A stretch of DNA of 36,876 nt. Source: Promethearchaeota archaeon (lineage in GTDB: Archaea; Asgardarchaeota; Lokiarchaeia; Sigyniarchaeales; SOKP01). Position numbers and translations under genes: made by a program. This document shows, in pieces, positions 1 to 9,731 of the stretch (positions are counted from its first letter, which is position 1; the number at the start of each line of letters is the position of its first letter). The notes under the pieces were generated by a model. The model was not told the origin of the DNA and made no database searches. It saw nothing but the letters and a program-made list of their open reading frames with translations. The stretch lies in assembly GCA_011364975.1 (NCBI GenBank), contig RDOE01000033.1, positions 1 through 36,876 of the forward strand, in the 5' to 3' direction.

Positions 1-276
1 CTATTAGCGGGTGAGAAAAAAGAATCCGCTGGGGAAATATTCAATTTAGGGTATTCTAGTCCAATAAGTGTAAATGAGCTTGTAGACAAGATGTATAGGT
101 TATCTGGTAAACCAAAAAAGATTAAATTTGTTGAAAAACAAAAGGGTGACGTAGATGTAACCTACTCTGATACCAGTAAAGCTAACAAGATTTTAAACTA
201 TTATCCTCAGGTAAGTATCGATGAGGGATTAAAAAAGACATTTGAATGGCAATTACAATATAATTCATCTCATTAA
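1..276 (+). CDS. NAD-dependent epimerase/dehydratase, C-terminal part (truncated by window edge)
   Basis: Frame is open from base 1: LLAGEKKESAGEIFNLGYSSPISVNELV...QKGDVDVTYSDTSKANKILNYYP. This is a typical extended-SDR C-terminus, paralogous to the next gene. Confidence 0.85.
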   Translation, partial: LLAGEKKESAGEIFNLGYSSPISVNELVDKMYRLSGKPKKIKFVEKQKGDVDVTYSDTSKANKILNYYPQVSIDEGLKKTFEWQLQYNSSH

Positions 277-386
277 GTGGGAATATGTATTGAATATTGT
301 TGTTTGGTTGCTAAGTTATAATAACTATGTGAAATTAGAAATATAAAAATACCATTTATTGATTTTTTACGAGAAGTGAAACAAAT

Positions 387-1358
387 TTGGATTTCAAAGG
401 GAAAAGAGTTTTAATAACTGGGGCAGCAGGGTTTATAGGAAGTAACTTAACAGATGCATTATTGGAAAAGGGAGCGGAAGTAATTGGGATTGATAATTTA
501 TTTAATGGGCGAGTAGAAAATTTAGAAGAGGCAATGCAAAATAAGAATTTTCAATTTCATAAAGGAGATATACGGGATCTAAACTTTTTATTAGATTTGT
601 TTAAAGATATTGATATTGTGTATCACCAAGCCGCATTTACCAGTGTTCCACAATCTGTAAAAATGCCGGAAAATTGTAATAATGTGAATGTAAATGGGGT
701 TTTAAATGTATTAAATGCTGCGCGACGTATGAATGTAGATAAAGTCGTCTATGCCTCAAGTTCATCTGTATACGGAGATACTCCCACTTTACCTAAACGA
801 GAAGATATGCCAAGGATACCAATCTCACCTTATGGAGTTGCAAAACTCGCTTGTGAGGCATATATGCAAGTTTATTATCAAGTATACGGGTTAAAAACAA
901 TTTCATTACGTTATTTTAATGTATTTGGTCCAAGGCAGAGAGATTCCCCCTATAGTGGTGTGATAGCTATTTGGCTTGGAAACATTATTAGGAATGAGGA
1001 TTTGGTAATTTTTGGTGATGGAACTAATTCAAGGGATTTTACATATATTAAAGATGTGATTCTTGCTAATCTTCTTGCTACAGAACATGATGCTCCCGGA
1101 GAAATCCTTAATATTGGAGCAGGTTCACCTATTAATTTAACGGATTTGGCTAAATTAATGTTAAAGATTACTAAGAAAGAAACATTAGGATTGATTTATT
1201 CTGATCCAAGACCAGGCGATATTATCCATAGTTACGCGGATATAACTAAAGCTAAACAGTTAATAAAGTTTGAACCGCAATTTAACCAAGAAGCAGGATT
1301 AAAAGATTATTTTAAATGGTATAAAAATAAGTATAATGTCGATCTAGATATTGTATAA
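387..1358 (+). CDS. NDP-sugar epimerase/dehydratase (extended SDR, WbpP/GalE-like)
   Basis: TGAAGFIG Rossmann motif, ASSSSVYG, catalytic SPYGVAK (YxxxK), LRYFNVFGP; TTG start. Confidence 0.93.
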   Translation: MDFKGKRVLITGAAGFIGSNLTDALLEKGAEVIGIDNLFNGRVENLEEAMQNKNFQFHKGDIRDLNFLLDLFKDIDIVYHQAAFTSVPQSVKMPENCNNVNVNGVLNVLNAARRMNVDKVVYASSSSVYGDTPTLPKREDMPRIPISPYGVAKLACEAYMQVYYQVYGLKTISLRYFNVFGPRQRDSPYSGVIAIWLGNIIRNEDLVIFGDGTNSRDFTYIKDVILANLLATEHDAPGEILNIGAGSPINLTDLAKLMLKITKKETLGLIYSDPRPGDIIHSYADITKAKQLIKFEPQFNQEAGLKDYFKWYKNKYNVDLDIV

Positions 1359-1366
1359 TTGTATGA

Positions 1367-3658
1367 GTGAAAATGAGAGACATTAGATATGACTTTTACC
1401 AAGTTCTGGAATATTTTAGGCGAAACTATAATTTCATTTTCTTGATGGGGTCAGTAATTGCTTTTATCTTTATATTTTTCAATATTCTGGGAGTTTTTGA
1501 TGGCATAATAGAGCTAATAATCATAGGAAATCTTGTCATTTTTGGCACTTTTTTAAGTTCTTTGTTTGTAGTGTTATTGCTTCCAAGCTATCCTTTATTT
1601 TTCGTTATTTTTAGAAACAAAAACTTTAACATTTTAGAAAAGTTAAGTTTTACATTAATAATTAACCTCTCGTTCTATATTTTAGGAGGGTTTATTGCAT
1701 TCTATTTAACTATTCCTTTAACGGGAATATTCTTTTTAGCATTATCATTTAGTGTCTATTCAATCTTCCTCGCTTTTATTGCAATAAAAGAGTTCAAATT
1801 GAAAAGGTACTTTTTTTTTAGGTTGAGAAAGAATGAACGAGAAATAAAAGAGGTTTATAGCTCTAAATCTATAAGACAATTCATTCAAAGTAAGGGTTCA
1901 CTAAACGCCATTTTGTTTATTATTTTCCTTTTCTTAATGTTGAGTGCATTTACACTTTCAGTTCCATTATTTGGGGGTACAGACTCATGGTTACATATTA
2001 GTATTATTAAAGTAATTACTGAAATTAACGTTTTACCTCTAAATGAATATTTAGGGGCTATGGGACTTCACATTTTCAGCGCTACATTTCATTTTTTCTC
2101 AGGAATTGATTTAATTTTAATTCCTCGCTTTTTTATATTTTATAGCTTTCCAGTTTCGTCATTAATTGTATATAACTTATTCAGAAGAATCTTTAAAAAT
2201 AAGAGTATAGCTATTTTTGGAGTATATATGTTAGTTTTCTCATCGTTAGGATTTGCGATTATGATGTATCAATTTTGGCCTTCAGCGATCGCATTTATTC
2301 AAGGTCTTTTTATCTTCTATTTATTATATACTCGTTTTAAACTTTTCATAAAGAAGGACCCTCCCTCAATTGAGGAGATTAAAACTAACATGGTATTTAA
2401 TTATGTATCTATCATAATAATCTTTGTTAGCGCTTTAATGACTCACTCGCTTATCATTATGATTTTATTGATCTCATATTTATGGATTTATGCTATATAT
2501 TTCATAAAAAGCTATAAACGTGGGATAGATTTTTTCCTTTTATGTGGATTATTCGTTATATTTCTCATATTTAATGCATTTGGTATTAGTACTGGGCATT
2601 TCAATGTTTTCAATTCTTTTTTTAGACTTCCTTGGTATTTAATATTAGGGGGTCTTATATTTGTTCTAATAATTGTCTCAATTTTTATTTGGCATCAAAA
2701 AAGAGTGATTGATTTTAGTTCAGGGAGGTATCGGCTTATCCTGGAAGGAGATTTATACGGATATTATAAAAAGATTGAAGATAAGTATCTTTATCCTATA
2801 ATTCTTGGACTAACGATTGGTTTAACGTTGAGTTGGATTGTGGTTAATACTCTTTGGTTCAATTTACCTGTGGTCACAGTTTTTACAGGGATAGAAGTTT
2901 TCTTCATTTCTCTACTTAGCATTTGGGGGTTAGGGATTTATCAGAACAAACCAAAAGGAAAGATATTATGGCTGTGGGGTGTTTGTTTAACATTATTAGT
3001 ATTATTTGGTTTTATATTCGATGCGATTAATAATTCATATACACTCTTCTCCCGCATTTTTTATTTAACGTCAATAGTAATTGTAGTTGGATTTTTATCT
3101 TACATCTACAAACTTATTCGTATCGGTAATTTAAGAACCTTAAAAGTGAAGATTTTATTATTTAGCTTGATTACATTTTCGCTTTTTGCGACTTTTACTG
3201 AAGAAATGAATTCCATTGAAATTTTCAGTCTAAAAAACAGAGAGATTTCATCCATTCAATGGTATTCTAATTATTCCTCAGAAGAAAACATCATAATTGG
3301 AGAATATGGATGGAATTATGTGTTTATCTATTATGATTATCCATTTACAGAATATAATAGGAATAAACCTTTTAATTCGATTTTCGAATTTATTCCAGTG
3401 AATGATACCTTATTGCATCCAAATAATCACATTAATTCAGAGGGTAAAAATATACTGACTGAATTAAAACATGATTCAAATGGAACAGACATCTTTTTAA
3501 TTTTGACGGACTATTATCTTCTGGTAGAAGGTAGTACCTTATTTAATCAACTTACTGAGCAAGAAATCGAGTTATACTATAGTTTACCGTACTTAAATCG
3601 AATTTATTCGGTTAAAAGTGAAAATGGAGATGAAATACCTTACTATTGGGTTATTTAA
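1367..3658 (+). CDS. Large polytopic membrane protein, possibly GT-C-fold glycosyltransferase/polymerase-like
   Basis: 763 aa with many hydrophobic segments, a loop motif GGTDSWLH after the N-terminal TMs and a soluble C-terminal domain. It starts 8 nt after the sugar epimerase. Confidence 0.55.
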   Translation: MKMRDIRYDFYQVLEYFRRNYNFIFLMGSVIAFIFIFFNILGVFDGIIELIIIGNLVIFGTFLSSLFVVLLLPSYPLFFVIFRNKNFNILEKLSFTLIINLSFYILGGFIAFYLTIPLTGIFFLALSFSVYSIFLAFIAIKEFKLKRYFFFRLRKNEREIKEVYSSKSIRQFIQSKGSLNAILFIIFLFLMLSAFTLSVPLFGGTDSWLHISIIKVITEINVLPLNEYLGAMGLHIFSATFHFFSGIDLILIPRFFIFYSFPVSSLIVYNLFRRIFKNKSIAIFGVYMLVFSSLGFAIMMYQFWPSAIAFIQGLFIFYLLYTRFKLFIKKDPPSIEEIKTNMVFNYVSIIIIFVSALMTHSLIIMILLISYLWIYAIYFIKSYKRGIDFFLLCGLFVIFLIFNAFGISTGHFNVFNSFFRLPWYLILGGLIFVLIIVSIFIWHQKRVIDFSSGRYRLILEGDLYGYYKKIEDKYLYPIILGLTIGLTLSWIVVNTLWFNLPVVTVFTGIEVFFISLLSIWGLGIYQNKPKGKILWLWGVCLTLLVLFGFIFDAINNSYTLFSRIFYLTSIVIVVGFLSYIYKLIRIGNLRTLKVKILLFSLITFSLFATFTEEMNSIEIFSLKNREISSIQWYSNYSSEENIIIGEYGWNYVFIYYDYPFTEYNRNKPFNSIFEFIPVNDTLLHPNNHINSEGKNILTELKHDSNGTDIFLILTDYYLLVEGSTLFNQLTEQEIELYYSLPYLNRIYSVKSENGDEIPYYWVI

Positions 3659-4439
3659 AGATTTCATAATCACCAAAAAATAGCGTATCTAGTTTATTCT
3701 TGAATATAACATTTTTATCTCCTTCAATTTTAAACATACTAGGCAAAATCCCTACTTGTCCAATCTTATCTTCTCTGCTTATAAATGCCGCTCGTACACC
3801 TTCGATATCATCTGCAATATCTAATCCCCTTTTTATCGATTTTTCAATATCCTCTCCCTTAACAGCATTAGCAATTCTTGTAGCGGCTCCATCCGCTAAT
3901 GTTGCAGTATTGGCAAATATGGTGACTGAATCAGCTTGACCCAAACTTATTGCATGTCCAAAAGTAGAAGAGCTAGTACCAATTCCGATTGGACAATCCT
4001 CTCTCTGTATTAAAAAGCCCATATTTATGTTAAGTTCGTTAAAACCGGCAAAAAGAGCAACTTTAATGGGAAAATCTGATTGAATCATCATCTCTCCTCC
4101 ATTTTCTACTAAAGCAATCTCTACAGGACCATCTTCGTTTAAACCTTTACTTTTCATTGTCTCAACCATTAAATCAGCAAATGCACCTGCTACGGTCGCC
4201 ATTGGTCCGACCTCACAAATTTCTGAGGTCTTTACCATCAAATCCACAATTTTGAGACTTGATTCAATTTTTAAAGGAGAAAAAGAAGTAAGAAAATCGT
4301 GATTTTGAGCTACAAACGCATCTAATATTTTCCGATGATAATAAAAGCATTCTTTCGCTTCTAAAATAGCTAGTTTTGATTCTGAAATGATAGTGATATC
4401 CGATTCTTTTTCTAAAAAATGATTTTTATATACTTTCAA
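3651..4439 (-). CDS. UPF0280 / ApbE-superfamily protein
   Basis: VGPMATVAGAFAD, VENGGE, GIGTSSSTFGHAISLGQADSVT, ADGAATRIANAV motifs. Confidence 0.88.
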   Translation of the reverse strand: MKVYKNHFLEKESDITIISESKLAILEAKECFYYHRKILDAFVAQNHDFLTSFSPLKIESSLKIVDLMVKTSEICEVGPMATVAGAFADLMVETMKSKGLNEDGPVEIALVENGGEMMIQSDFPIKVALFAGFNELNINMGFLIQREDCPIGIGTSSSTFGHAISLGQADSVTIFANTATLADGAATRIANAVKGEDIEKSIKRGLDIADDIEGVRAAFISREDKIGQVGILPSMFKIEGDKNVIFKNKLDTLFFGDYEIFK

Positions 4440-4547
4440 TTTTTTAAAGTGTATTCTTCGTGATACTCTTACATCTTAAGATTTTATTTTAATTAAATAT
4501 AAATAAATTTGATATTATTAATTATTCAAAACTTTTTATTGAATAAT

Positions 4548-5039
4548 ATGCAAAAAATTAATTACGACGAAATCGTTTCACAGCTGAAATCAGAACTCAA
4601 TTCTGAATGCGCTATCGCTAATAAATATGGAATTGTACTTGGATCAAAAATAAAAGAATTTTCTAAAGGAAAAATAATTCCTCATAAAATTCTTTCCTTG
4701 ATTGCTAATTCACGAGATATTGCAGATGAATTAAACTTAAATAAAATAAATTCATTTGCGTTAGAAGCGCAGGATTACAACTATCTATTTAGTTTCAGTG
4801 ATGAACTTATATTGATCTCTAAACTTAATCTAGATATGAACTTAGCAAAATATATGCCAAGTATTACTGTATTTTTGAAAAAACTCAACGAAACAATGAA
4901 AAAGGAAGAGGTCATGGAGTTTTCAGTATTTGATTTTTCAAAGGAAATTCAGCGGATTGAAGAAAGTGTAAAGAAAGCAAAATCTCGAGAGAAAAAATAT
5001 TCAATAATAAAGGATCTTGTTAAATATGTTTCAAAATAG
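4548..5039 (+). CDS. Roadblock/profilin-like fold protein (putative GTPase partner)
   Basis: Helix, then AIANKYGIVL, helix, three beta-strands and a helix, as in roadblock/profilin folds. ATG at 4548 is preferred over TTG 4509. Lies directly upstream of a small-GTPase gene. Confidence 0.55.
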   Translation: MQKINYDEIVSQLKSELNSECAIANKYGIVLGSKIKEFSKGKIIPHKILSLIANSRDIADELNLNKINSFALEAQDYNYLFSFSDELILISKLNLDMNLAKYMPSITVFLKKLNETMKKEEVMEFSVFDFSKEIQRIEESVKKAKSREKKYSIIKDLVKYVSK

Positions 5040-5076
5040 TGAGATTCAAATAATAAGAACACAACAATATAATTAA

Positions 5077-5081
5077 GGTGA
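5077..5081 (+). promoter_or_regulatory. Shine-Dalgarno GGTGA in front of putative ATT start at 5088
   Basis: AAGGTGA AAGGCA ATT TTA AGA CAA; 6-nt spacing. Confidence 0.6.
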
Positions 5082-5087
5082 AAGGCA

Positions 5088-7268
5088 ATTTTAAGACAAG
5101 TATATATTTATAAAGGAACGAATTTACTTTATTATCGCCATTTTGGGAAGGCTCTTAAAAAAGATATATTTGGTTCTCTCGTTCAAGATTTAATGAAAGA
5201 GGCTTTTGCAAAAGAAGGAACCCAAGTAGAGTATCATGATTATTATAAATATCGAATATCATATGTAAGCGAAAAAGGCCAAGAATTAATTTTTTTGTTT
5301 GTTACAGGTCTAACGGATAATTTTGATAACATCAAAAAAGAATTAATAAAGTGTAAAAAAGAATTTCTCAATCTTTTCGAAGATATTTTACAGCATAAAT
5401 ATGACTCAAAAACTTTTGAGGTTTTTGATCCCACAATCGATGCAATCCACAGAAATCTACGACCTAAAATTTCTCTTGTAGGATTTTCGGGAGTAGGTAA
5501 AACTACAATCACAAGATTAATTAAGGCAGAAGAAATTCCTATGCAGCATATCCCGACTATTACAGGGGATATTGCTACTATCAAAATTGGGAAGCTTCAC
5601 TTTCACTTATGGGATTTTGCCGGTCAAGAACAATTTAGTTATCTTTGGAATAATTTTATCAAAGGAAGTGATGCAGTCCTCTTAATTACAGATTCCACAT
5701 TAGAGAATGTCGAAAAAAGTAAATTTTTCTTGGAATTAATAAAAGAACAAGCACCAAATGCCCATTCTTCAGTTATTGCTAATAAACAAGACTTAGAAGA
5801 GGCAATGAGTCCAAATCAAATTGAAAAGATTTTAGGTATAAAAACCTATTCTATGATTGCTAAAGATGAAAATAATAGAGACAAGATGATAACAATTATT
5901 GCAGACATTCTAGAAATGAGTGCAGAAGTTTCTCCATTATTAAAACCATTATTAGAAAGAGATACTTTTATGGAACAAGCAACCAATGCTTTACAAAATG
6001 CAGAGTTCGAAAAGGCTGCAATGTATTTTGAAAAAATAAGCGATTTATGCATAGAATTAGGAGATGATTCTTTAGGGAGAGAATTCTATGAAAAAGGAAA
6101 AAAAATCAAAGATATGCTTGAAAAATCAAAAGCTCCTCCCCTCAAAATAGTAGAAGAATCACCTAAAATTGAACCACAAGTTTCTGAAACTGCACCCGAA
6201 GAAAAACCTATAAAAGAGGAACTTAAACCAAAAATTATACCACCAAAGACACCAGTACCAACTAAACCCGCCGAAGTACCGCCAAAGTCACCAGTACCAA
6301 CTAAACCCGCCGAAGTGCCGTCAACGACACCAGTACCGACTAAACCTGCCGTAAAACCGCTAACAACACCAGTACCAATTAAACCAGCTGTTCCAACTGA
6401 AGCTACACAAGATTCAAAAAAGCCATTGGTACCATCATCTATTGAACCAGCCACAAAAAAGATAGAAGGAGAAGTGGAAGCAAAGATTGAGCCACCTCCT
6501 ATAGCCCAAGTGCAAAAAACCGCTGAAGAAATAAAGGGCTTTACAAAAATAGAAGCAGAAATACCGGATTCAGTCCCAAAAGCAACTATTGCTCCTGATG
6601 AAAACCAAACAAGTAAGGGTTTGGATTTAAAACCTGAAGATTTTATGGTTTCACAAAGACCTAAAACAGTGGTAAATGTTCCTAAGGATGCAAAAGCAAT
6701 GTTAAGAACATCCCCTTTTGCTCATGTAACTAACCCTACTGAACCTCAAGTACCTAAACCGAAAGCCCCAAAACAGGTGATTGAGATAAAAGAAATGAAG
6801 CCTTCTATAATACCTAAAATAGAAAAAGAGCACGTTGAGCCGAAAATAACTCCCCCACCGCCACTGTTCGTGAAACCCAAACCTGTAATAATGCCAGAAA
6901 TCCCACCAAAAGATAAAATACAAACACCGATACCCGTACGCCCTATTGAGTTAATAAAGCCGCAAGCTCAACCATCTCCTGTAAGTATGCCACCCACGAT
7001 CCCTACGCAGCCACCAGAATCTCATAGTATGCGTCAAGAGAAATCATCTGAGGTAAACTCACAACAAAAAGAAAATTTGGAGAAATCGTTAATGGATTTA
7101 AAAATTAAAAGGGCAAATATCTCGAAAATGGCATTAGATTTGGATATGAAAGAACTTACTGGTGAAATTACAAGTGATGAATTGGAAGCGAAAAAGAAAA
7201 AATTAGGAGAAATAGAGGAGAAAATCATTCAGCAAATTAAAGATATGGAAAAGTTATTAGGTGCTTAA
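5088..7268 (+). CDS. Multidomain small GTPase: longin-like N-domain, Arf-like GTPase, helical TPR/MIT-like bundle, Pro-rich linker, C-terminal coiled coil
   Basis: G1 GFSGVGKTT, G2 PTI, G3 WDFAGQE, G4 NKQD. The frame extends upstream of ATG 5193 to ATT 5088 (ILRQVYIYKGTNLLYYRHFG, a longin-like first hairpin). Confidence 0.85.
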   Translation: MLRQVYIYKGTNLLYYRHFGKALKKDIFGSLVQDLMKEAFAKEGTQVEYHDYYKYRISYVSEKGQELIFLFVTGLTDNFDNIKKELIKCKKEFLNLFEDILQHKYDSKTFEVFDPTIDAIHRNLRPKISLVGFSGVGKTTITRLIKAEEIPMQHIPTITGDIATIKIGKLHFHLWDFAGQEQFSYLWNNFIKGSDAVLLITDSTLENVEKSKFFLELIKEQAPNAHSSVIANKQDLEEAMSPNQIEKILGIKTYSMIAKDENNRDKMITIIADILEMSAEVSPLLKPLLERDTFMEQATNALQNAEFEKAAMYFEKISDLCIELGDDSLGREFYEKGKKIKDMLEKSKAPPLKIVEESPKIEPQVSETAPEEKPIKEELKPKIIPPKTPVPTKPAEVPPKSPVPTKPAEVPSTTPVPTKPAVKPLTTPVPIKPAVPTEATQDSKKPLVPSSIEPATKKIEGEVEAKIEPPPIAQVQKTAEEIKGFTKIEAEIPDSVPKATIAPDENQTSKGLDLKPEDFMVSQRPKTVVNVPKDAKAMLRTSPFAHVTNPTEPQVPKPKAPKQVIEIKEMKPSIIPKIEKEHVEPKITPPPPLFVKPKPVIMPEIPPKDKIQTPIPVRPIELIKPQAQPSPVSMPPTIPTQPPESHSMRQEKSSEVNSQQKENLEKSLMDLKIKRANISKMALDLDMKELTGEITSDELEAKKKKLGEIEEKIIQQIKDMEKLLGA
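6243..6390 (+). repeat. Coding tandem repeat, about 4 x 39 bp (13 aa, TPVPTKPAEVPxx)
   Basis: CACCAGTACC recurs at 6250, 6289, 6328 and 6367. Confidence 0.9.
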
Positions 7269-7408
7269 TAAACTAATCTTGATTCCGATTAAACCTCCTG
7301 ATTAATTATTCATTTTTGGCTTTTCTTCAATGAATTTTTATATAATAAAATTTAATTGTTTTCACTACTTAATTGATGCAAGCTTAAATTAGATAACCTC
7401 GAATAAAG

Positions 7409-8854
7409 GTGGCATTCCTGAGTCCAATTATCGTAATGAAATTTGGTGGTAGTTGTCTTGTAAATAACTCCGCTTTTGAAAAGATAGTTAAAATTATAGG
7501 TATATATCATGATTCCAGAAAAGTTCTTGTTGCGTCAGCATTAAATGGGATTACTGATATATTATTATCAACTGCCCAGAATATAAAAAATGCTTCAATT
7601 CTGGATAAAAATATGGCAATTCTAGAAAAAAGGCATTTTGATATCATAGAGCAAATTTTTGATGAAGATTCTGCTCATTATTTGAAGGCTAAGGATTGGG
7701 TTGATGAAAAATTAAGCAATTTAGAAGAAATCTTTGCTGATGTTGAAGAATTCGGTCTTGAGCCTTATTATAAAGATAATATATTAGCCTATGGAGAGAT
7801 TCTATCAACCTATATCCTTCATCAATATCTTTTAAGCAAAGGTTTAGATTCTGAATTTATACCCGCTAACAAATTAATAATAACCAATGATGAATTCAAT
7901 AATGCGTATCCTCTTTATGAATTAACAAATGCGAGAGTTGCCCGATTATTATTGCCATTTCTAGAAGACCACGAAAAAGATATTAATGTTTGTGTCACGG
8001 GGTTTATAGGTAGGAATAAAATTGGATATACTACAACTCTCGGGAGGGGAGGATCTGATTATAGCGCTACAATTCTAGCCCATTCTCTTCACGAAGTTAG
8101 CATCGACAAAGACATTAGAGTTATTCTTTGGAAGGATGTTGATGGATTATTTGCAATTAATCCGAAGTTTGTGCCAAAATCATTTCTTATTAAATATTTA
8201 GATTATGATGAGGCTAAACACATCGCGAATTTTGGAGCGAAAATTATCCATCCCAAATGCCTTGAGGCTATTGAAAAGAAAAATATACCTTTAGAGATTA
8301 GAAACTTTGATAAGCCTTTAGAGAAAACGGATTTTACTCATATCTCCGAATATACTGATAAAACTCAAATTAAAGGAATCTCTACAGTCGAAAATGCTGT
8401 AATCATTTCTGTGACATCTGGTAGTTTAGTTGATGTTCCAGGAGTATTAGCAAAAATATTTAAGGTGATGAGTAAAAATAAAATCAGTGTATCTCTAGTT
8501 GCTCAAAGTGCTACTGAAATTAGCACTTCATTTATCGTAGAACAAAAAGAAGCAAAGAAAGCCGTTGAAGCTTTAAAAAATTCGGGATATTTTTCAGATT
8601 TTTTTGAAATTAAGGCTGAAGATGTTGCAATAATTAATATCACTGGGAACAAAGTTTTAGAAAACAAAACCAAAGTAGATATCTTTCAAGCATTAGATAA
8701 GGAGAATGTAAGAGTTAAAGCTTTGAGCCAAAGTACTGAAGAATTGAACTTATCAATCGTTATTGGTAAAGAAAAATTAATTGAAGCAATCAAGGTGATT
8801 CATAACGATTTATGTGAAGATTTTGAATCTATTGAAGATCAAAATAAGAATTAA
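7409..8854 (+). CDS. lysC: Aspartate kinase with two ACT domains
   Basis: VMKFGGS, VASALNGITD, TTLGRGGSDYSA, WKDVDG, FGAKIIHP; C-terminal ACT repeats. Confidence 0.92.
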   Translation: MAFLSPIIVMKFGGSCLVNNSAFEKIVKIIGIYHDSRKVLVASALNGITDILLSTAQNIKNASILDKNMAILEKRHFDIIEQIFDEDSAHYLKAKDWVDEKLSNLEEIFADVEEFGLEPYYKDNILAYGEILSTYILHQYLLSKGLDSEFIPANKLIITNDEFNNAYPLYELTNARVARLLLPFLEDHEKDINVCVTGFIGRNKIGYTTTLGRGGSDYSATILAHSLHEVSIDKDIRVILWKDVDGLFAINPKFVPKSFLIKYLDYDEAKHIANFGAKIIHPKCLEAIEKKNIPLEIRNFDKPLEKTDFTHISEYTDKTQIKGISTVENAVIISVTSGSLVDVPGVLAKIFKVMSKNKISVSLVAQSATEISTSFIVEQKEAKKAVEALKNSGYFSDFFEIKAEDVAIINITGNKVLENKTKVDIFQALDKENVRVKALSQSTEELNLSIVIGKEKLIEAIKVIHNDLCEDFESIEDQNKN

Positions 8855-8903
8855 AACATAAATTCTAAAAAAGAGAACGGGTAAAAAATAATACTAGCAA
8901 TTA

Positions 8904-9431
8904 TTATTGAGTTCTGGAGTTTATAATTCTACGTGTGAGCTCAGTAAATGCTTCATCAACATTTTCTCCAGTTTTTGCAGAAGTTTCGATATAGATACTA
9001 CCTTCATTTTCAGCAAAACTACGAGCTTCATTTCTATCGATAACTTCTCCCACATCTTCAAGTAAATCCAATTTATTTCCGATAAATACAAAAGGAATAT
9101 TTTGTTCGGTGAATTGCCGAATTTCAGTTAGCCATTTTCGTGTTTCAATATAAGTTTGTTCTCGAGTAAGATCAAAGACCAATAAAGCTCCAGCTGCTCC
9201 TTTGTAAAAGGTACTTCGAATGAATTCAAATCGTTGTTGACCGCCAATATCCCAGATACTTAAAGTAGCGATTTCATTTGGTTTAAATTCGACATCTTTG
9301 GTTAAGATATCCACACCAACAGTTAATTTATAATTTTGTTGAAATCGATTTTTGATAAATCTCTGAACTAAACTTGTTTTACCGACAGCGGCAGCTCCAG
9401 TTAGGAGAACTTTTAACTTAAAACTTGACAT
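8904..9431 (-). CDS. Rab-like small GTPase
   Basis: GAAAVGKTS, YKLTVGVD, IWDIGGQQRF, STFYKGA, GNKLD, ETSAK; no C-terminal Cys prenylation motif. Confidence 0.93.
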   Translation of the reverse strand: MSSFKLKVLLTGAAAVGKTSLVQRFIKNRFQQNYKLTVGVDILTKDVEFKPNEIATLSIWDIGGQQRFEFIRSTFYKGAAGALLVFDLTREQTYIETRKWLTEIRQFTEQNIPFVFIGNKLDLLEDVGEVIDRNEARSFAENEGSIYIETSAKTGENVDEAFTELTRRIINSRTQ

Positions 9432-9689
9432 GAAGTATCTCTACCTTTAAATTATTCTTATATTGTTAAATAATTATTAATGGTATATAATTTATTATCT
9501 TATTTGTTATTTAAGAATTTATTTAATTCTTCTTATAAAATTAATATACAATTTGTTAAAAAATTAATATCTTTATCTCTTAAATACTTTTATACTAATT
9601 TTAATTGTCAATACCTTGTTGTATTTAACTATAGTTCATTTTAGGTAGAAATTTTCAACGTAATTATTTTCATTACCTAGATTATTTAA

Positions 9690-9711
9690 AAGGGGATTGC
9701 AAAGTCCCCTT
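9690..9711 (-). terminator. GC-cored hairpin plus U-run downstream of corrinoid activator gene
   Basis: + strand AAGGGGATT-GCAA-AGTCCCCTT. On the - strand it lies 20 nt past the stop at 9732 and ends in TTTT. Confidence 0.45.
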
Positions 9712-9731
9712 ACTAAGTAAGTTTAATATGT

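Noticed and set aside
6243-6390. 39-bp periodic repeat as CRISPR array
   Set aside because: In-frame coding tandem repeat without unique spacers, and no cas genes.
9690-9711. Hairpin as SECIS or mobile-element end
   Set aside because: Too short, single copy in the window, no in-frame UGA gene nearby; kept only as a possible terminator.
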